NCBI GenBank assembly: GCA_965202695.1
Contig: OZ241843.1
Coordinates: 826,254 to 890,253, forward strand
DNA: 64,000 nt
Direction of reading: 5' to 3'
Source of the DNA: Vicinamibacterales bacterium
GTDB lineage: Bacteria > Acidobacteriota > Vicinamibacteria > Vicinamibacterales > UBA8438
Below, piece by piece: positions 1 through 8,431 of this stretch. Within the stretch, counting starts at the first letter, position 1. Each line of letters starts with the position of its first letter. The notes under the pieces are model-generated. The model saw only the letters and a program-made list of their open reading frames with translations. It searched no databases and had not been told where the DNA came from. Position numbers and translations under genes: made by a program.

Positions 1-981
1 GACGCCTACGAGGCCGCCCTGGCGCCCCTCTCCGACGACGGACGCCTGGTGCTCACCCGCCGCGAGACGCGGACCGAACCGCCGAACTACTTCGTCCGGG
101 ACCTCGACGCGGGCGCCCGGCGCGCGCTCACCGCCTTCGAGAACCCGGCGCCGCGGCTCGCGGGCATCCGCAAGGAGCTCGTCACCTACGAGCGGGCCGA
201 CGGCGTGCGGCTTTCCGGCACCCTCTACCTGCCTCCGGGGCACCAGGAAGGCGAGCGCGTCCCCCTTCTGATGTGGGCGTACCCCCGCGAGTACGTCGAC
301 CCCCGGCTCGCGGGCCAGGTCACCGGCTCGGACCACCGGTTCACCACGTTCCGCGGCGCCTCCCACCTGCTGCTGCTGACACAGGGGTTCGCGGTGTTCG
401 ACGGTCCCACGATGCCCATCGTCGGCCCCGGCGAGACCGCGAACGACACCTACGTGGAACAGCTCGTGGCGAGCGCCCGGGCCGCGGTGGACACCGTCGT
501 GGAGCGGGGCGTCGCCGACCGCGGCGCCATCGGCGTCGGGGGGCACAGCTACGGGGCGTTCATGACCGCCAACCTGCTCGCCCATTCCGACCTGTTCCGG
601 ATGGGCATCGCCCGCAGCGGCGCCTACAACCGGTCGCTGACGCCCTTCGGGTTCCAGAACGAGCGGCGCACGTTCTGGGAGGCGGCGGACGTCTACGCGG
701 CGATGTCGCCGTTCTTCCACGCCGACGAGATCGACGAGCCCATCCTCCTCGTCCACGGCGAGGTGGACGACAACTCGGGCACGTTCCCGATGCAGTCGGC
801 CCGGATGTACATGGCCCTCAAGGGCCACGGCGCCACCGTGCGCTACGTCACCCTGCCCCACGAGTCCCACGGCTACGCGGCCCGCGAGTCGGTGCTGCAC
901 ACCGTGGCCGAGATGCTGAACTGGGCCGACCGGCATCTGCGGCCGGGAACCGGAACGACCGGCGGGGCCGGGCGGCGGTGA
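1..981 (+). CDS. S9-family (prolyl oligopeptidase/dipeptidyl-peptidase type) serine peptidase, C-terminal catalytic domain; 5' end lies off-window
   Basis: Frame 1 is open from base 1. GGHSYGAF is the nucleophile elbow (GxSxG). HGEVDDN and ESHGY supply the Asp and His of an alpha/beta-hydrolase triad. Confidence 0.85.
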   Translation, partial: DAYEAALAPLSDDGRLVLTRRETRTEPPNYFVRDLDAGARRALTAFENPAPRLAGIRKELVTYERADGVRLSGTLYLPPGHQEGERVPLLMWAYPREYVDPRLAGQVTGSDHRFTTFRGASHLLLLTQGFAVFDGPTMPIVGPGETANDTYVEQLVASARAAVDTVVERGVADRGAIGVGGHSYGAFMTANLLAHSDLFRMGIARSGAYNRSLTPFGFQNERRTFWEAADVYAAMSPFFHADEIDEPILLVHGEVDDNSGTFPMQSARMYMALKGHGATVRYVTLPHESHGYAARESVLHTVAEMLNWADRHLRPGTGTTGGAGRR

Positions 982-1034
982 TGGAACTCCGCGTCGCACC
1001 GCGCCCGAAGGGCGCCGGCGGGCAGTGAACGTCC

Positions 1035-1300
1035 GGCGGACAGAGGACGCCCGCACCGGCAAGGCGTGAGAAGGGCGCATACCGGGCACGTTCAACCGGC
1101 GAACGACGCAGTCGGGCGGGATGCAGCGCGGCTTGCAGTGCGAACGGGGCGTTTGGGCTCGTCAACCCGGGGCAGTTCGTTCCCACCGCGGAATGCTGCG
1201 GCGCGGGCGGCGGGCTGGGGCGATTCACCACGGGCTCGTCAGCCCGGGGCGGTTCCACCACGGGATGCTACGGCGCGGGCGGCGGGCTCTCGGCGTCGTC
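1035..1300. repeat. Cluster of REP/MITE-like repeats: one family-1 copy (about 1035-1150) followed by two tandem units of about 77 bp (starting 1155 and 1232)
   Basis: 1049-1140 aligns by eye with the core of the element inserted in res (caaggcgtgagaagggcgcata...ggcgggatgcagcgc). The unit gggctcgtcaRcccggggcRgtt..ccaccRcggRatgctRcggcgcgggcggcgggct occurs twice. Confidence 0.6.
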
Positions 1301-1909
1301 GAAGAGTGCCGTGACGTCGACGGCGACGCCGTCCAGCAGCAGCGACGTCGCCGTGTCGCCGCGCGCGAAGACGCCGTGTTCGACGAAGGCGTTCCCGGCG
1401 AGGGTGAGCACGGTAACCGTCTCGCCGCGGGGATCGACGATCCAGTACTCGGGAACCGACGCCTCGGCATAGTCGGCGCGCTTGACCACGAGGTCGCGGG
1501 CCGGGTCGTCGGGGCCGACGATCTCCGCCACCAGGTCCGCCCCGAGCCAGAAGCGGTCGCGGCGGCGGGCGTCGGACGGATCGCGGAGCAGCAGCAGATC
1601 GGGTTCGCGGAACTTGCCTTCGCGCACGCGCATCCGCAACCCCGAGGTCACGACGACGCCGTCCCGACGCGGTCCATGCAGCCAGGCGTAGAACCGCCGG
1701 TAGAGGGACAGCAGGATGATCTGGTGCCTCTCGGTCGGCATGGGCAGCACTTCGACGCGGCCGTCGGTGAACTCGATCGGACGGCGGGCGCGGTCCGTGA
1801 GCCACAGGTAGTGCTCGTCGCTCCAGCCGCCCTGGGACGGCAGGGCTTCGCCGAGGACGGCGTTCAGCGCGTCCTGGGACGTGGCGGCCGCGGTGACGGC
1901 GTGCGTCAT
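1268..1909 (-). CDS. Uma2-family (DUF820) putative endonuclease
   Basis: 213-aa product from the ATG at 1909 (MTHAVT...). Typical Uma2 features: WSDEHYLWL, EFTDGRVEVLPMP, REPDLLLL, GADLVAEIV, KRADYAEASVPEYWIVDP. The upstream part of the 408-aa ORF is Arg/Gly-rich shadow sequence. Confidence 0.8.
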   Translation of the reverse strand: MTHAVTAAATSQDALNAVLGEALPSQGGWSDEHYLWLTDRARRPIEFTDGRVEVLPMPTERHQIILLSLYRRFYAWLHGPRRDGVVVTSGLRMRVREGKFREPDLLLLRDPSDARRRDRFWLGADLVAEIVGPDDPARDLVVKRADYAEASVPEYWIVDPRGETVTVLTLAGNAFVEHGVFARGDTATSLLLDGVAVDVTALFDDAESPPPAP

Positions 1910-1926
1910 CACCCACCCCGGGCGGA

Positions 1927-2361
1927 CTACGGAATCCGGAACGCGTCGTCGAACACGAGATCGACCTGCGCCGTCTCCCCCGCGCCCACCGCGATGGGGG
2001 ACGGCGCGAAGGAACCGGCCGCGACGTACGCGCCGGCGGGCGAGCCGGAAGGCACGGACGTGGCCGGATTCCAGCCGCCCTGCTCGTCGTAGAACGCCGA
2101 GACGTAGACGGTGGCGGCGCCGACGTTCTCGAACGTCGCCGTCTCGCCGTTCGCGGTGACGATCTGCGTGCCGATGATGTTGTCCGGCTGCATGTCGGCC
2201 GTGGAATAGAGCGCCAGATACACGGCATGACCCGCGTCGACTTCCCCGGGGCCGGCATAATTGACGGTCACCTCCAGGGTTCCCCCCTGCTCCGCCGCCG
2301 CGCCGACCGCCAGCAACGCGAGCCCCGCCGCCAGCGCGGCCGCTCGTCTCGTCAAGGACAT
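1927..2361 (-). CDS. Small secreted hypothetical protein (144 aa)
   Basis: ATG at 2361. N-terminal signal-like MSLTRRAAALAAGLALLAVGAAAE, then a beta-rich Gly/Ala/Val sequence. No family recognised. Confidence 0.55.
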   Translation of the reverse strand: MSLTRRAAALAAGLALLAVGAAAEQGGTLEVTVNYAGPGEVDAGHAVYLALYSTADMQPDNIIGTQIVTANGETATFENVGAATVYVSAFYDEQGGWNPATSVPSGSPAGAYVAAGSFAPSPIAVGAGETAQVDLVFDDAFRIP

Positions 2362-2924
2362 CCGTTTCCTCCTCGGGTCGCTGCACTCCCCGAGCCGGCG
2401 CATCCGCCCGCGGCCCCGGGAGAGCTTCTGAAACTGAAACTGACGGGCCTGCCGCGGGGAGCGTCTCGGCAAGACGCGGCCTCCCCTGCCGCACGTTCCG
2501 CCCACGGCCCCATTGTGACCGGACGGCCCGCCGGCTGCAAGCGCCCGCCGGGCGGCGGTGCGCGGGCCCGCCACCCCTCTTCGCCCTCGTCCCCGAAGGC
2601 AGGCGAAAGCGGGGGACCGCGTCCTCGACAGGCGCGTTGTCCGAGCGTGGGCGCGTCGTCCGGGGTGACGGTAAAGAAGATGAACACGATACCGCCCTCC
2701 GTGGCGTCTACGAAGACGACCGTGGTCGGTACGGACCACGTGACGACGGTCCCGGAGCCTCTCCGACGGGACGCCTCCGAACGTGAAGCGCCCTCCATGG
2801 CCCAGGCGGACGACCCCGGGCGGCGGCCAGCGTCCCCTGTGGTACGCTGGCCGCGTTCCGTCCGACCCACGCGGAGATGTTCGCGGTCGATTCCCGGCGC
2901 CCGCGGACGCGCACGAACCCGACC

Positions 2925-3797
2925 ATGAGATCGACCCGCGGCGGATCGCCGCTCGTGGTGTTCCTCCTGCTCGGCGCGGGCGTGTTCGCCCTCGACCGCT
3001 GGCTGGACGACGCCGGGGCGGGTCGGGTCGTCACGGTGAGCGACGAGCAGGTCGCGGCCATCCGCGCGCGGTGGGCGGCGCAATGGGGACGGCCGCCGGC
3101 CGGCCCGGAGCTCGAGGCCCTCATCGACGAGGCGGTGCAGGAGGAGGTGCTCTACCGCGAGGCTTTGCGCCTGGGCCTCGACCGCGGCGACCCCATCGTC
3201 CGCCGCCGGCTCGCGCAGAAGATGACGTTCCTGCTGGAGGACCGCGCGGGGGCGCCGGCGGCGGCGCCCGAGGACGTCGAGGCGTACTTCGCGGCCCGCG
3301 CCGAGCGGTACCGCGAACCGCGCCGCACCACGTTCCGGCACGTCTTCCTGAGCCGCGATCGCCGGGCCGACCCCGCGCGCGACGCCGCCGCCCTGCTGCC
3401 CGATGTGCGCGCCGGACGCGGCGGCCGGTGGCGGCGGCTCGGCGACCCGTTCATGCTGCTTCGGGAGTACGCCGGCCGGTCCGACCAGGAGATCGCGGAG
3501 CTGTTCGGCGGGGAGTTCGCGGCGGCGCTCGCCGCGGTGGCCGCGGGCGCGTGGCAGGGGCCGTTCGAGTCGGCGCACGGCGCCCATCTCGTGCAGGTGC
3601 TCGGCCGCACCGAACCCCGGCTGCCCGCCTTCGACGAAGTCCGCGAGCGGGTCGCCGCCGACCTGCGGGAGAACCGGCGGCGCGAGCGGAACCGGGCCGC
3701 GCTGCAGGCGCTGCGCGAACGCTACGAGGTCCGGATGCCCGGACCAGCCGGCTCCGGGCAGGAACCGCAAGACGGCGGCGGGCAGGGACCGCGATAG
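2925..3797 (+). CDS. Parvulin-like peptidyl-prolyl isomerase (PpiC/Rotamase_2-type) with N-terminal membrane anchor
   Basis: ATG at 2925. TM segment SPLVVFLLLGAGVFAL. Rotamase-like C-terminal half (FRHVFLS..., GPFESAHGAHLVQV). The GTG at 2877 is an alternative start. Confidence 0.65.
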   Translation: MRSTRGGSPLVVFLLLGAGVFALDRWLDDAGAGRVVTVSDEQVAAIRARWAAQWGRPPAGPELEALIDEAVQEEVLYREALRLGLDRGDPIVRRRLAQKMTFLLEDRAGAPAAAPEDVEAYFAARAERYREPRRTTFRHVFLSRDRRADPARDAAALLPDVRAGRGGRWRRLGDPFMLLREYAGRSDQEIAELFGGEFAAALAAVAAGAWQGPFESAHGAHLVQVLGRTEPRLPAFDEVRERVAADLRENRRRERNRAALQALRERYEVRMPGPAGSGQEPQDGGGQGPR

Positions 3798-3896
3798 AGC
3801 ATGGGACCGCGGCGGGGGCGCGGCGGGACGCTGTCGATGCCGGGGCGCGACGCTCGCGCTGCCGGCGGCGCTCGCGGCCCGACCGAGGTATCGAGC

Positions 3897-5000
3897 ATGG
3901 CCGCCGAACCGCGGCGGGGACGCCGGGCGCCGGACTCGCTGCCGGCGTTGCTGGCCGCGCTGGCGCTGCCGGCGGCGCTCGCGGCCCACGAAGTGCGGCC
4001 CGCCTACCTCGAGCTGACCGAGGTCTCGGCCGGCGTCTTCGACGTGCTCTGGAAGCAGCCGGCGGCGGCGGACGCCGAGCCCGGACTGGTCCGACGCCTG
4101 CCCCTCCGGCCGGCGTTCCCCGCCCGCTGCCGCGAATCCGGGCGGGACGTGCCCGAGGTGACCGCGTCGGCGCTGATCGAGCGCTGGACGATCGACTGCG
4201 GGACCCGCGGGCTGGCCGACGCGCCGATCGAAATCGCGGGCCTGCCCCGCACCCTCACCGACGTCCTGCTGCGCGTGCGCTTCCTCGACGGCGCGTCCGT
4301 CGACCACCTCCTGCGGCCGGAGGCGCCGCGCGCCGAGCCGGCGCCCGCCGCGGGACGCGGGATGGCGGCGCCCGCGTATCTCCGGCTCGGCGTCGAGCAT
4401 CTGCTCTTCGGGTTCGACCACATCCTTTTCGTCGTCGGCCTGACGTTCCTGGTGCGCCGGCCCCGGCAGCTCGTGGCGGTGGTGACGGCGTTCACGGCCG
4501 CGCACAGCGTCACCCTCGCCCTGTCGACGCTCGGCGCGGTGACCCTGCCGCAACGCCCCGTCGAGGCGGCGATCGCGCTGAGCATCCTCTATCTCGCGGT
4601 CGAGCTGGCCGGCGGCGGTCCGGGCGGTCCGGGCGCCGACCGCCGACCGCGCGCGTCCCCGGCGCGGTCGCCGTGGACGATCGCCTTCGGGTTCGGACTG
4701 TTGCACGGGTTCGGCTTCGCGGGGGCGCTGGCCGAGATCGGACTGCCCGAGGAGGCCCGTGCGACGGCCCTGCTGCTCTTCAACGTCGGGGTCGAGATCG
4801 GCCAGCTCGCGGTCGTCGGCGTCCTGCTCGCCCTGCTGTACGGGCTCCGGACCGCGCGGGTCCCCCTGCCCGCGGCCGTCGCGCAGGCGCCGATTTACGT
4901 CATGGGCGCGGTGTCCGCCGGGTGGTTCCTGGAAAGGGTGCTGTCGATCGTGCCGCTGGAATCGCTCGCCGTTCACTTCAGCTTCAACAGCCCGTGGTGA
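3897..5000 (+). CDS. HupE/UreJ-family membrane protein
   Basis: Signal peptide ending AALAAHE. Then GFDHILFVVGL, AFTAAHSVTLALS, FGFGLLHGFGFAGAL and NVGVEIGQL, the hallmark HupE/UreJ TM motifs. The start is uncertain (3801-3897). The stop codon lies inside a repeat arm. Confidence 0.8.
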   Translation: MAAEPRRGRRAPDSLPALLAALALPAALAAHEVRPAYLELTEVSAGVFDVLWKQPAAADAEPGLVRRLPLRPAFPARCRESGRDVPEVTASALIERWTIDCGTRGLADAPIEIAGLPRTLTDVLLRVRFLDGASVDHLLRPEAPRAEPAPAAGRGMAAPAYLRLGVEHLLFGFDHILFVVGLTFLVRRPRQLVAVVTAFTAAHSVTLALSTLGAVTLPQRPVEAAIALSILYLAVELAGGGPGGPGADRRPRASPARSPWTIAFGFGLLHGFGFAGALAEIGLPEEARATALLLFNVGVEIGQLAVVGVLLALLYGLRTARVPLPAAVAQAPIYVMGAVSAGWFLERVLSIVPLESLAVHFSFNSPW

Positions 5001-5045
5001 ACGCCCCGCCGCATCGCGAGCGGCGGCGCATCCCGCCTGCCTGCG
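4988..5045. repeat. Family-1 REP/MITE arm (single arm)
   Basis: cagcccgtggtgaacgccccgccgcatcgcgagcggcggcgcatcccgcctgcctgcg aligns with the arms of the element at 46401-46560. Confidence 0.6.
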
Positions 5046-5204
5046 TCGTTCGTCGGACCGCAAAGCGACCCGCGTAGTCCGGCGCAACTCCGGTTCCCGC
5101 TCTCCAGTGTTCCATCAAGGCCCGGTGCTCGACTTCATGATATGATTTTCTCGCCTTCCGCGGGGCGACGACAGGATACCGTCGAATCGCAGAAAGAGGA
5201 CGGA

Positions 5205-6131
5205 ATGCCTGGTTGCAGGACGGCGCCGCTCGGGGTTGCATCCCTGGACGAAGTCGCGCAAGTATCCCTGTTTTCATCGCTGGACCACTGTTCCGCCGAC
5301 GACGGTCGATTCATTCTGGCTTGCGGAGACAACTTGTCCTTCATGGAGCACCTTTCCAACGGACGGATGAAATTGATCGTCACGTCTCCACCCTACAACA
5401 TCGGCAAGGACTACGAGGCCAGGACTTCCCTGGATGATTACCTTGCCGTGCAGGAGCGCGTAATAAGCGAGTGCGTTCGCGTGCTTCATGCGCAAGGATC
5501 GCTTTGCTGGCAAGTCGGAAACTACGTCGATCATGGAGAAGTAATTCCCCTCGACGCGGTTCTGTACCCCGTCTTTCGCGCGCATGGACTCAAGCTTCGC
5601 AACCGGATCGTCTGGCACTTCGGGCACGGCCTGCACTGCACGAAACGCCTCTCCGGCCGATACGAAACGATCAACTGGTGGACGAAGAGCGACGACTACA
5701 CGTGGAACCTCGACGCCATCCGCGTTCCGTCGAAGTATCCGGGCAAGCGGCATTTCAAGGGGCCGAACGCCGGCAAGCTGTCCGGCAACCCGAAGGGCAA
5801 GAACCCGAGCGACGTATGGGAATTTCCCAACGTCAAGAACAACCATCCCGAGAAGACGATACATCCGTGCCAGTTTCCGGTCGAACTGGTCGAGCGCCTC
5901 GTTCTCTCCATGACCAACGAGGACGAAGCGGTGTTCGATCCGTACATGGGAGTCGGCTCGTCTGCCGTCGCCGCTCTCATGCATGGGCGCATAGCGTACG
6001 GATGCGACCTGGTTCCTGAATACGTGGACGTCGCCCGCGAGCGTGTTCGCCAGCTCCACGCTGGAACTCTCAAGACCCGCCGGATGGGCAAGCCTGTCTA
6101 CGATCCAGCGCTGCCGAACGGTGGACACTGA
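5205..6131 (+). CDS. Beta-class N4-cytosine/N6-adenine DNA methyltransferase (motif IV SPPY precedes motif I)
   Basis: LIVTSPPYNIGKDY (motif IV) is followed C-terminally by FDPYMGVGSSAVAA (motif I, FxGxG-like). An AGAGGA RBS-like sequence precedes the ATG at 5205; the alternative start is 5142. The region has visibly lower G+C than its flanks. Confidence 0.85.
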   Translation: MPGCRTAPLGVASLDEVAQVSLFSSLDHCSADDGRFILACGDNLSFMEHLSNGRMKLIVTSPPYNIGKDYEARTSLDDYLAVQERVISECVRVLHAQGSLCWQVGNYVDHGEVIPLDAVLYPVFRAHGLKLRNRIVWHFGHGLHCTKRLSGRYETINWWTKSDDYTWNLDAIRVPSKYPGKRHFKGPNAGKLSGNPKGKNPSDVWEFPNVKNNHPEKTIHPCQFPVELVERLVLSMTNEDEAVFDPYMGVGSSAVAALMHGRIAYGCDLVPEYVDVARERVRQLHAGTLKTRRMGKPVYDPALPNGGH

Positions 6132-6385
6132 TGCGAATTCTGGCCCGCTATTCACATTTGAATGGAGAAGAGTACCTGCTCGTTCACCGCAGGAAACTAT
6201 GGGACGAAGTGCAGGCGGTGATAGCGGAGGTGAACGCCCTTGCGTGCCGGACGAAGGTTTCCAGAGAAAGAACGATGCGCGGCAGAATGTTGTTTTCTCC
6301 GGGCGACATGAACCAAAGTTCAAGGACGGCCTTCACAGCCCGTGGTGAAAGTCGCCCATTCGGGCATTTCGGGAAATCGACATGA
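6131..6385 (+). pseudogene. Truncated restriction endonuclease remnant (BglII/BstYI-like N-terminal fragment, from memory)
   Basis: Its ATG overlaps the methyltransferase stop (TGATG). RYSHLNGEEYL..KLWDEVQAVI..RMLFSPGDMNQSSRTAF resembles my recollection of the BglII N-terminus (YNHADEILNPQLWKEIEETL...SLIFDPVGTNQYIKDEL). The similarity ends at 6335, where a family-1 repeat terminus begins. It has only 84 codons. Confidence 0.45.
6335..6356. repeat. Family-1 REP/MITE terminus fragment
   Basis: cagcccgtggtgaaagtcgccc matches the conserved terminus CAGCCCGTGGTGRAAC. Confidence 0.45.
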
Positions 6386-6412
6386 CGGCTCACCTGTTCT
6401 ACACTGGTGGAC

Positions 6413-8131
6413 ATGGCAATGGGCACGACACGTGACGACGGGTCGCAGCAGTCGATGTGGGTGTCGGCGGCCGACTTGCCGTCGACCCGCGCGAAGCCCG
6501 CGACCGCCGACGAACGTTCCATACCGGGAAGAAAGACCGCCATGAAATCGATGCCGAATATCCGAACCGCGGTGGAGGCAGTCGGCACCGTCGCGAAATC
6601 GGCGAGAGACCGCACGGTCGAAGCGGCCGGCACCGCCGCCAGATCGACGAGGGACCGCACGGTCGAAGCAGCCGGCGCGGTCGGAACCGCCGCCAGATCG
6701 GCAAGGGACCGCACGGTCGAAGCAGCCGGCGCAGTCGGAACCGCCGTCAGATCGGCGAGGAACCGCACGGTCGAAGCGGCCGGCACCGCCGCCAGATCGA
6801 CGAGGGACCGCACGGTCGAAGCAGCCGGCGCAGTCGGAACCGCCGTCAGATCGGCGAGGGACCGCACGGTCGAAGCGGCCGGCACCGCCGCCAGATCGAC
6901 GAGGGACCGCACGGTCGAAGCAGCCGGCGCAGTCGGAACCGCCGCCAGATCGGCAAGGGACCGCACGGTCGAAGCAGCCGGCGCAGTCGGAACCGCCGCC
7001 AGATCGGCGAGGAACCGCACGGTCGAAGCGGCCGGCACCGCCGCCAGATCGACGAGGGACCGCACGGTCGAAGCAGCCGGCGCAGTCGGAACCGCCGTTA
7101 GATCGACGAGGGACCGCACGGTCGAAGCAGCCGGCGCAGTCGGAACCGCCGTCAGATCGGCAGGGGACCGCACGGTCGAAGCAGCCGGCGCGGTCGGAAC
7201 CGCCGCCAGATCGGCGAGGGACCGCACGGTCGAAGCGGCTGGTGCGGTCCAGGCCGTTCTGTGCGAGGCCACCGCGATACAGCTCGTCAACGACAGCTTG
7301 GCCCAGCTCGTGAAAGGGTCCGCAACGATCTACGACAAGGCGATGGACGCGGAGTACCTGGCGACGCATATCGGTGGCGGCAATCATCGGATGTTCGACG
7401 GTGGCCATACGCTCTGGGGGGCCGCCAAGGCCGTCCACGACGCAGGCGGCACCGCCAGCGAGCAGGCCGCGGGCTACGTGCAAGGTCTGGCGCGTGACGT
7501 GACGACGACGAAAGGTTTGCCGCTGGCGACGTGGAGCAAGGACTCCTACGAATCGGTGTCGAACACGCTCCACCTGCCGAACAACTGGTTCTACGACTTG
7601 AACAGCTTCGATGCATCGGAAGTGATCGGTGCGTCGGTTGGAGCGGTCATGCTGGTGCTGCAGTGGCGAAAACCGGACGCCGACAGATTCGGCAAGACGG
7701 TCGGCGCCTTGGGGATCGCCAGTGTCGTCGGCGCGAATCCTCTGCTGATCATCGCAGCCATCGCCGGTCTCGCTCGTCTGTACCAGACCGCCCGGCGGGA
7801 CGGCGCCGGCGTCGAGGCGTTCGACGGCATGGCGCGCGGTGTGACGGCGGGGGGTGGGGCGATGCTCGTCGCGTCGGGAGTCGCAGCCCTCGGCGGCCCC
7901 GTCGGAGTGATAGTTCTGGCGGGTGTCGCGGCCGGAGTCCTGGGCGGCGTGGCAATGGATCGGGTAAGCGTTGCCGGGATAGTCATGCGCATGACGACGA
8001 TGCTGCCCGATGGCCGCAAACTCCGAGAGACCGCGGGCACAGCCGCTACCCGGCTCACCGAAGCCGCCAGCAAAGTAGGCACCAATATCCTGAGCCCGCG
8101 AAGGCAGATAACCGGGACCACGAATCCCTGA
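6413..8131 (+). CDS. Hypothetical membrane protein with an N-terminal array of 15/18-aa tandem repeats and a Gly-rich TM C-terminus
   Basis: About 14 units of RDRTVEAAG(AVG)TAARS(A/T). The C-terminal half contains hydrophobic Gly-zipper-like segments (VIGASVGAVMLVL, LLIIAAIAGLA, GVIVLAGVAAGVLGGVAM). Start is GTG 6407 or ATG 6413. Confidence 0.55.
   Translation: MAMGTTRDDGSQQSMWVSAADLPSTRAKPATADERSIPGRKTAMKSMPNIRTAVEAVGTVAKSARDRTVEAAGTAARSTRDRTVEAAGAVGTAARSARDRTVEAAGAVGTAVRSARNRTVEAAGTAARSTRDRTVEAAGAVGTAVRSARDRTVEAAGTAARSTRDRTVEAAGAVGTAARSARDRTVEAAGAVGTAARSARNRTVEAAGTAARSTRDRTVEAAGAVGTAVRSTRDRTVEAAGAVGTAVRSAGDRTVEAAGAVGTAARSARDRTVEAAGAVQAVLCEATAIQLVNDSLAQLVKGSATIYDKAMDAEYLATHIGGGNHRMFDGGHTLWGAAKAVHDAGGTASEQAAGYVQGLARDVTTTKGLPLATWSKDSYESVSNTLHLPNNWFYDLNSFDASEVIGASVGAVMLVLQWRKPDADRFGKTVGALGIASVVGANPLLIIAAIAGLARLYQTARRDGAGVEAFDGMARGVTAGGGAMLVASGVAALGGPVGVIVLAGVAAGVLGGVAMDRVSVAGIVMRMTTMLPDGRKLRETAGTAATRLTEAASKVGTNILSPRRQITGTTNP
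6566..7250 (+). repeat. In-frame tandem repeat array, alternating 45-bp and 54-bp units
   Basis: The unit gaccgcacggtcgaagc(a/g)gccggc(gcagtcgga)accgccgccagatcg(gc/ac)gag(g/a)g recurs head-to-tail with no unique spacers. Confidence 0.85.
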
Positions 8132-8145
8132 CCGGAGGGTGGCTG

Positions 8146-8292
8146 ATGGCGAATGACGAAGCGACGATTGGCAGGCTGGTTTCACCACGGGCTGTTCAGG
8201 TGCGAGGATGGAACGAGCGCCGAAGCACGTTCTGGGTAACCGCCGACGAGAAGATCCTGCGCAGCGTCTACCACCTGCCGGAGGTCGAGTAG
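8146..8292 (+). CDS. Possible small ORF (48 aa), hypothetical
   Basis: ATG at 8146 preceded by GGAGGG 7-12 nt upstream. No similarity recognised. Weak call. Confidence 0.2.
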   Translation: MANDEATIGRLVSPRAVQVRGWNERRSTFWVTADEKILRSVYHLPEVE

Positions 8293-8431
8293 AAACAGGC
8301 GATAGAGGAACGCGCGTCGCGGTACGAGCGGGACTTGCTGAACGTGGTGCGGCAGGGGCGCAGCGTTCCGGCAGTTCCTCTTGTCCTCGTCGGCGTTGCT
8401 CCATGATCACGACATCGATTCGAGTCGCCGT

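Noticed and set aside
2352-5087. 911-aa minus-strand ORF (and the 764-aa plus-strand ORF at 2783-5077) over the PPIase/HupE genes
   Set aside because: Extreme Arg/Pro/Gly/Ala composition with no motifs. They overlap ORFs that carry clear PpiC-type and HupE/UreJ signatures.
6566-7250. Regular repeat array considered as a possible CRISPR locus
   Set aside because: The units are contiguous with no unique spacers. They occur in two lengths (45 and 54 bp) that are both multiples of three. They lie inside a long ORF and encode a coherent peptide repeat. No cas genes are nearby.
6184-8410. Long antisense ORFs (6184-7290 and 6320-8410, minus strand) through the repeat array
   Set aside because: A tandem array lacking stops translates as a repeat in every frame. 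The minus-strand products have no start context or C-terminal domain. The plus-strand frame continues into a plausible membrane domain.
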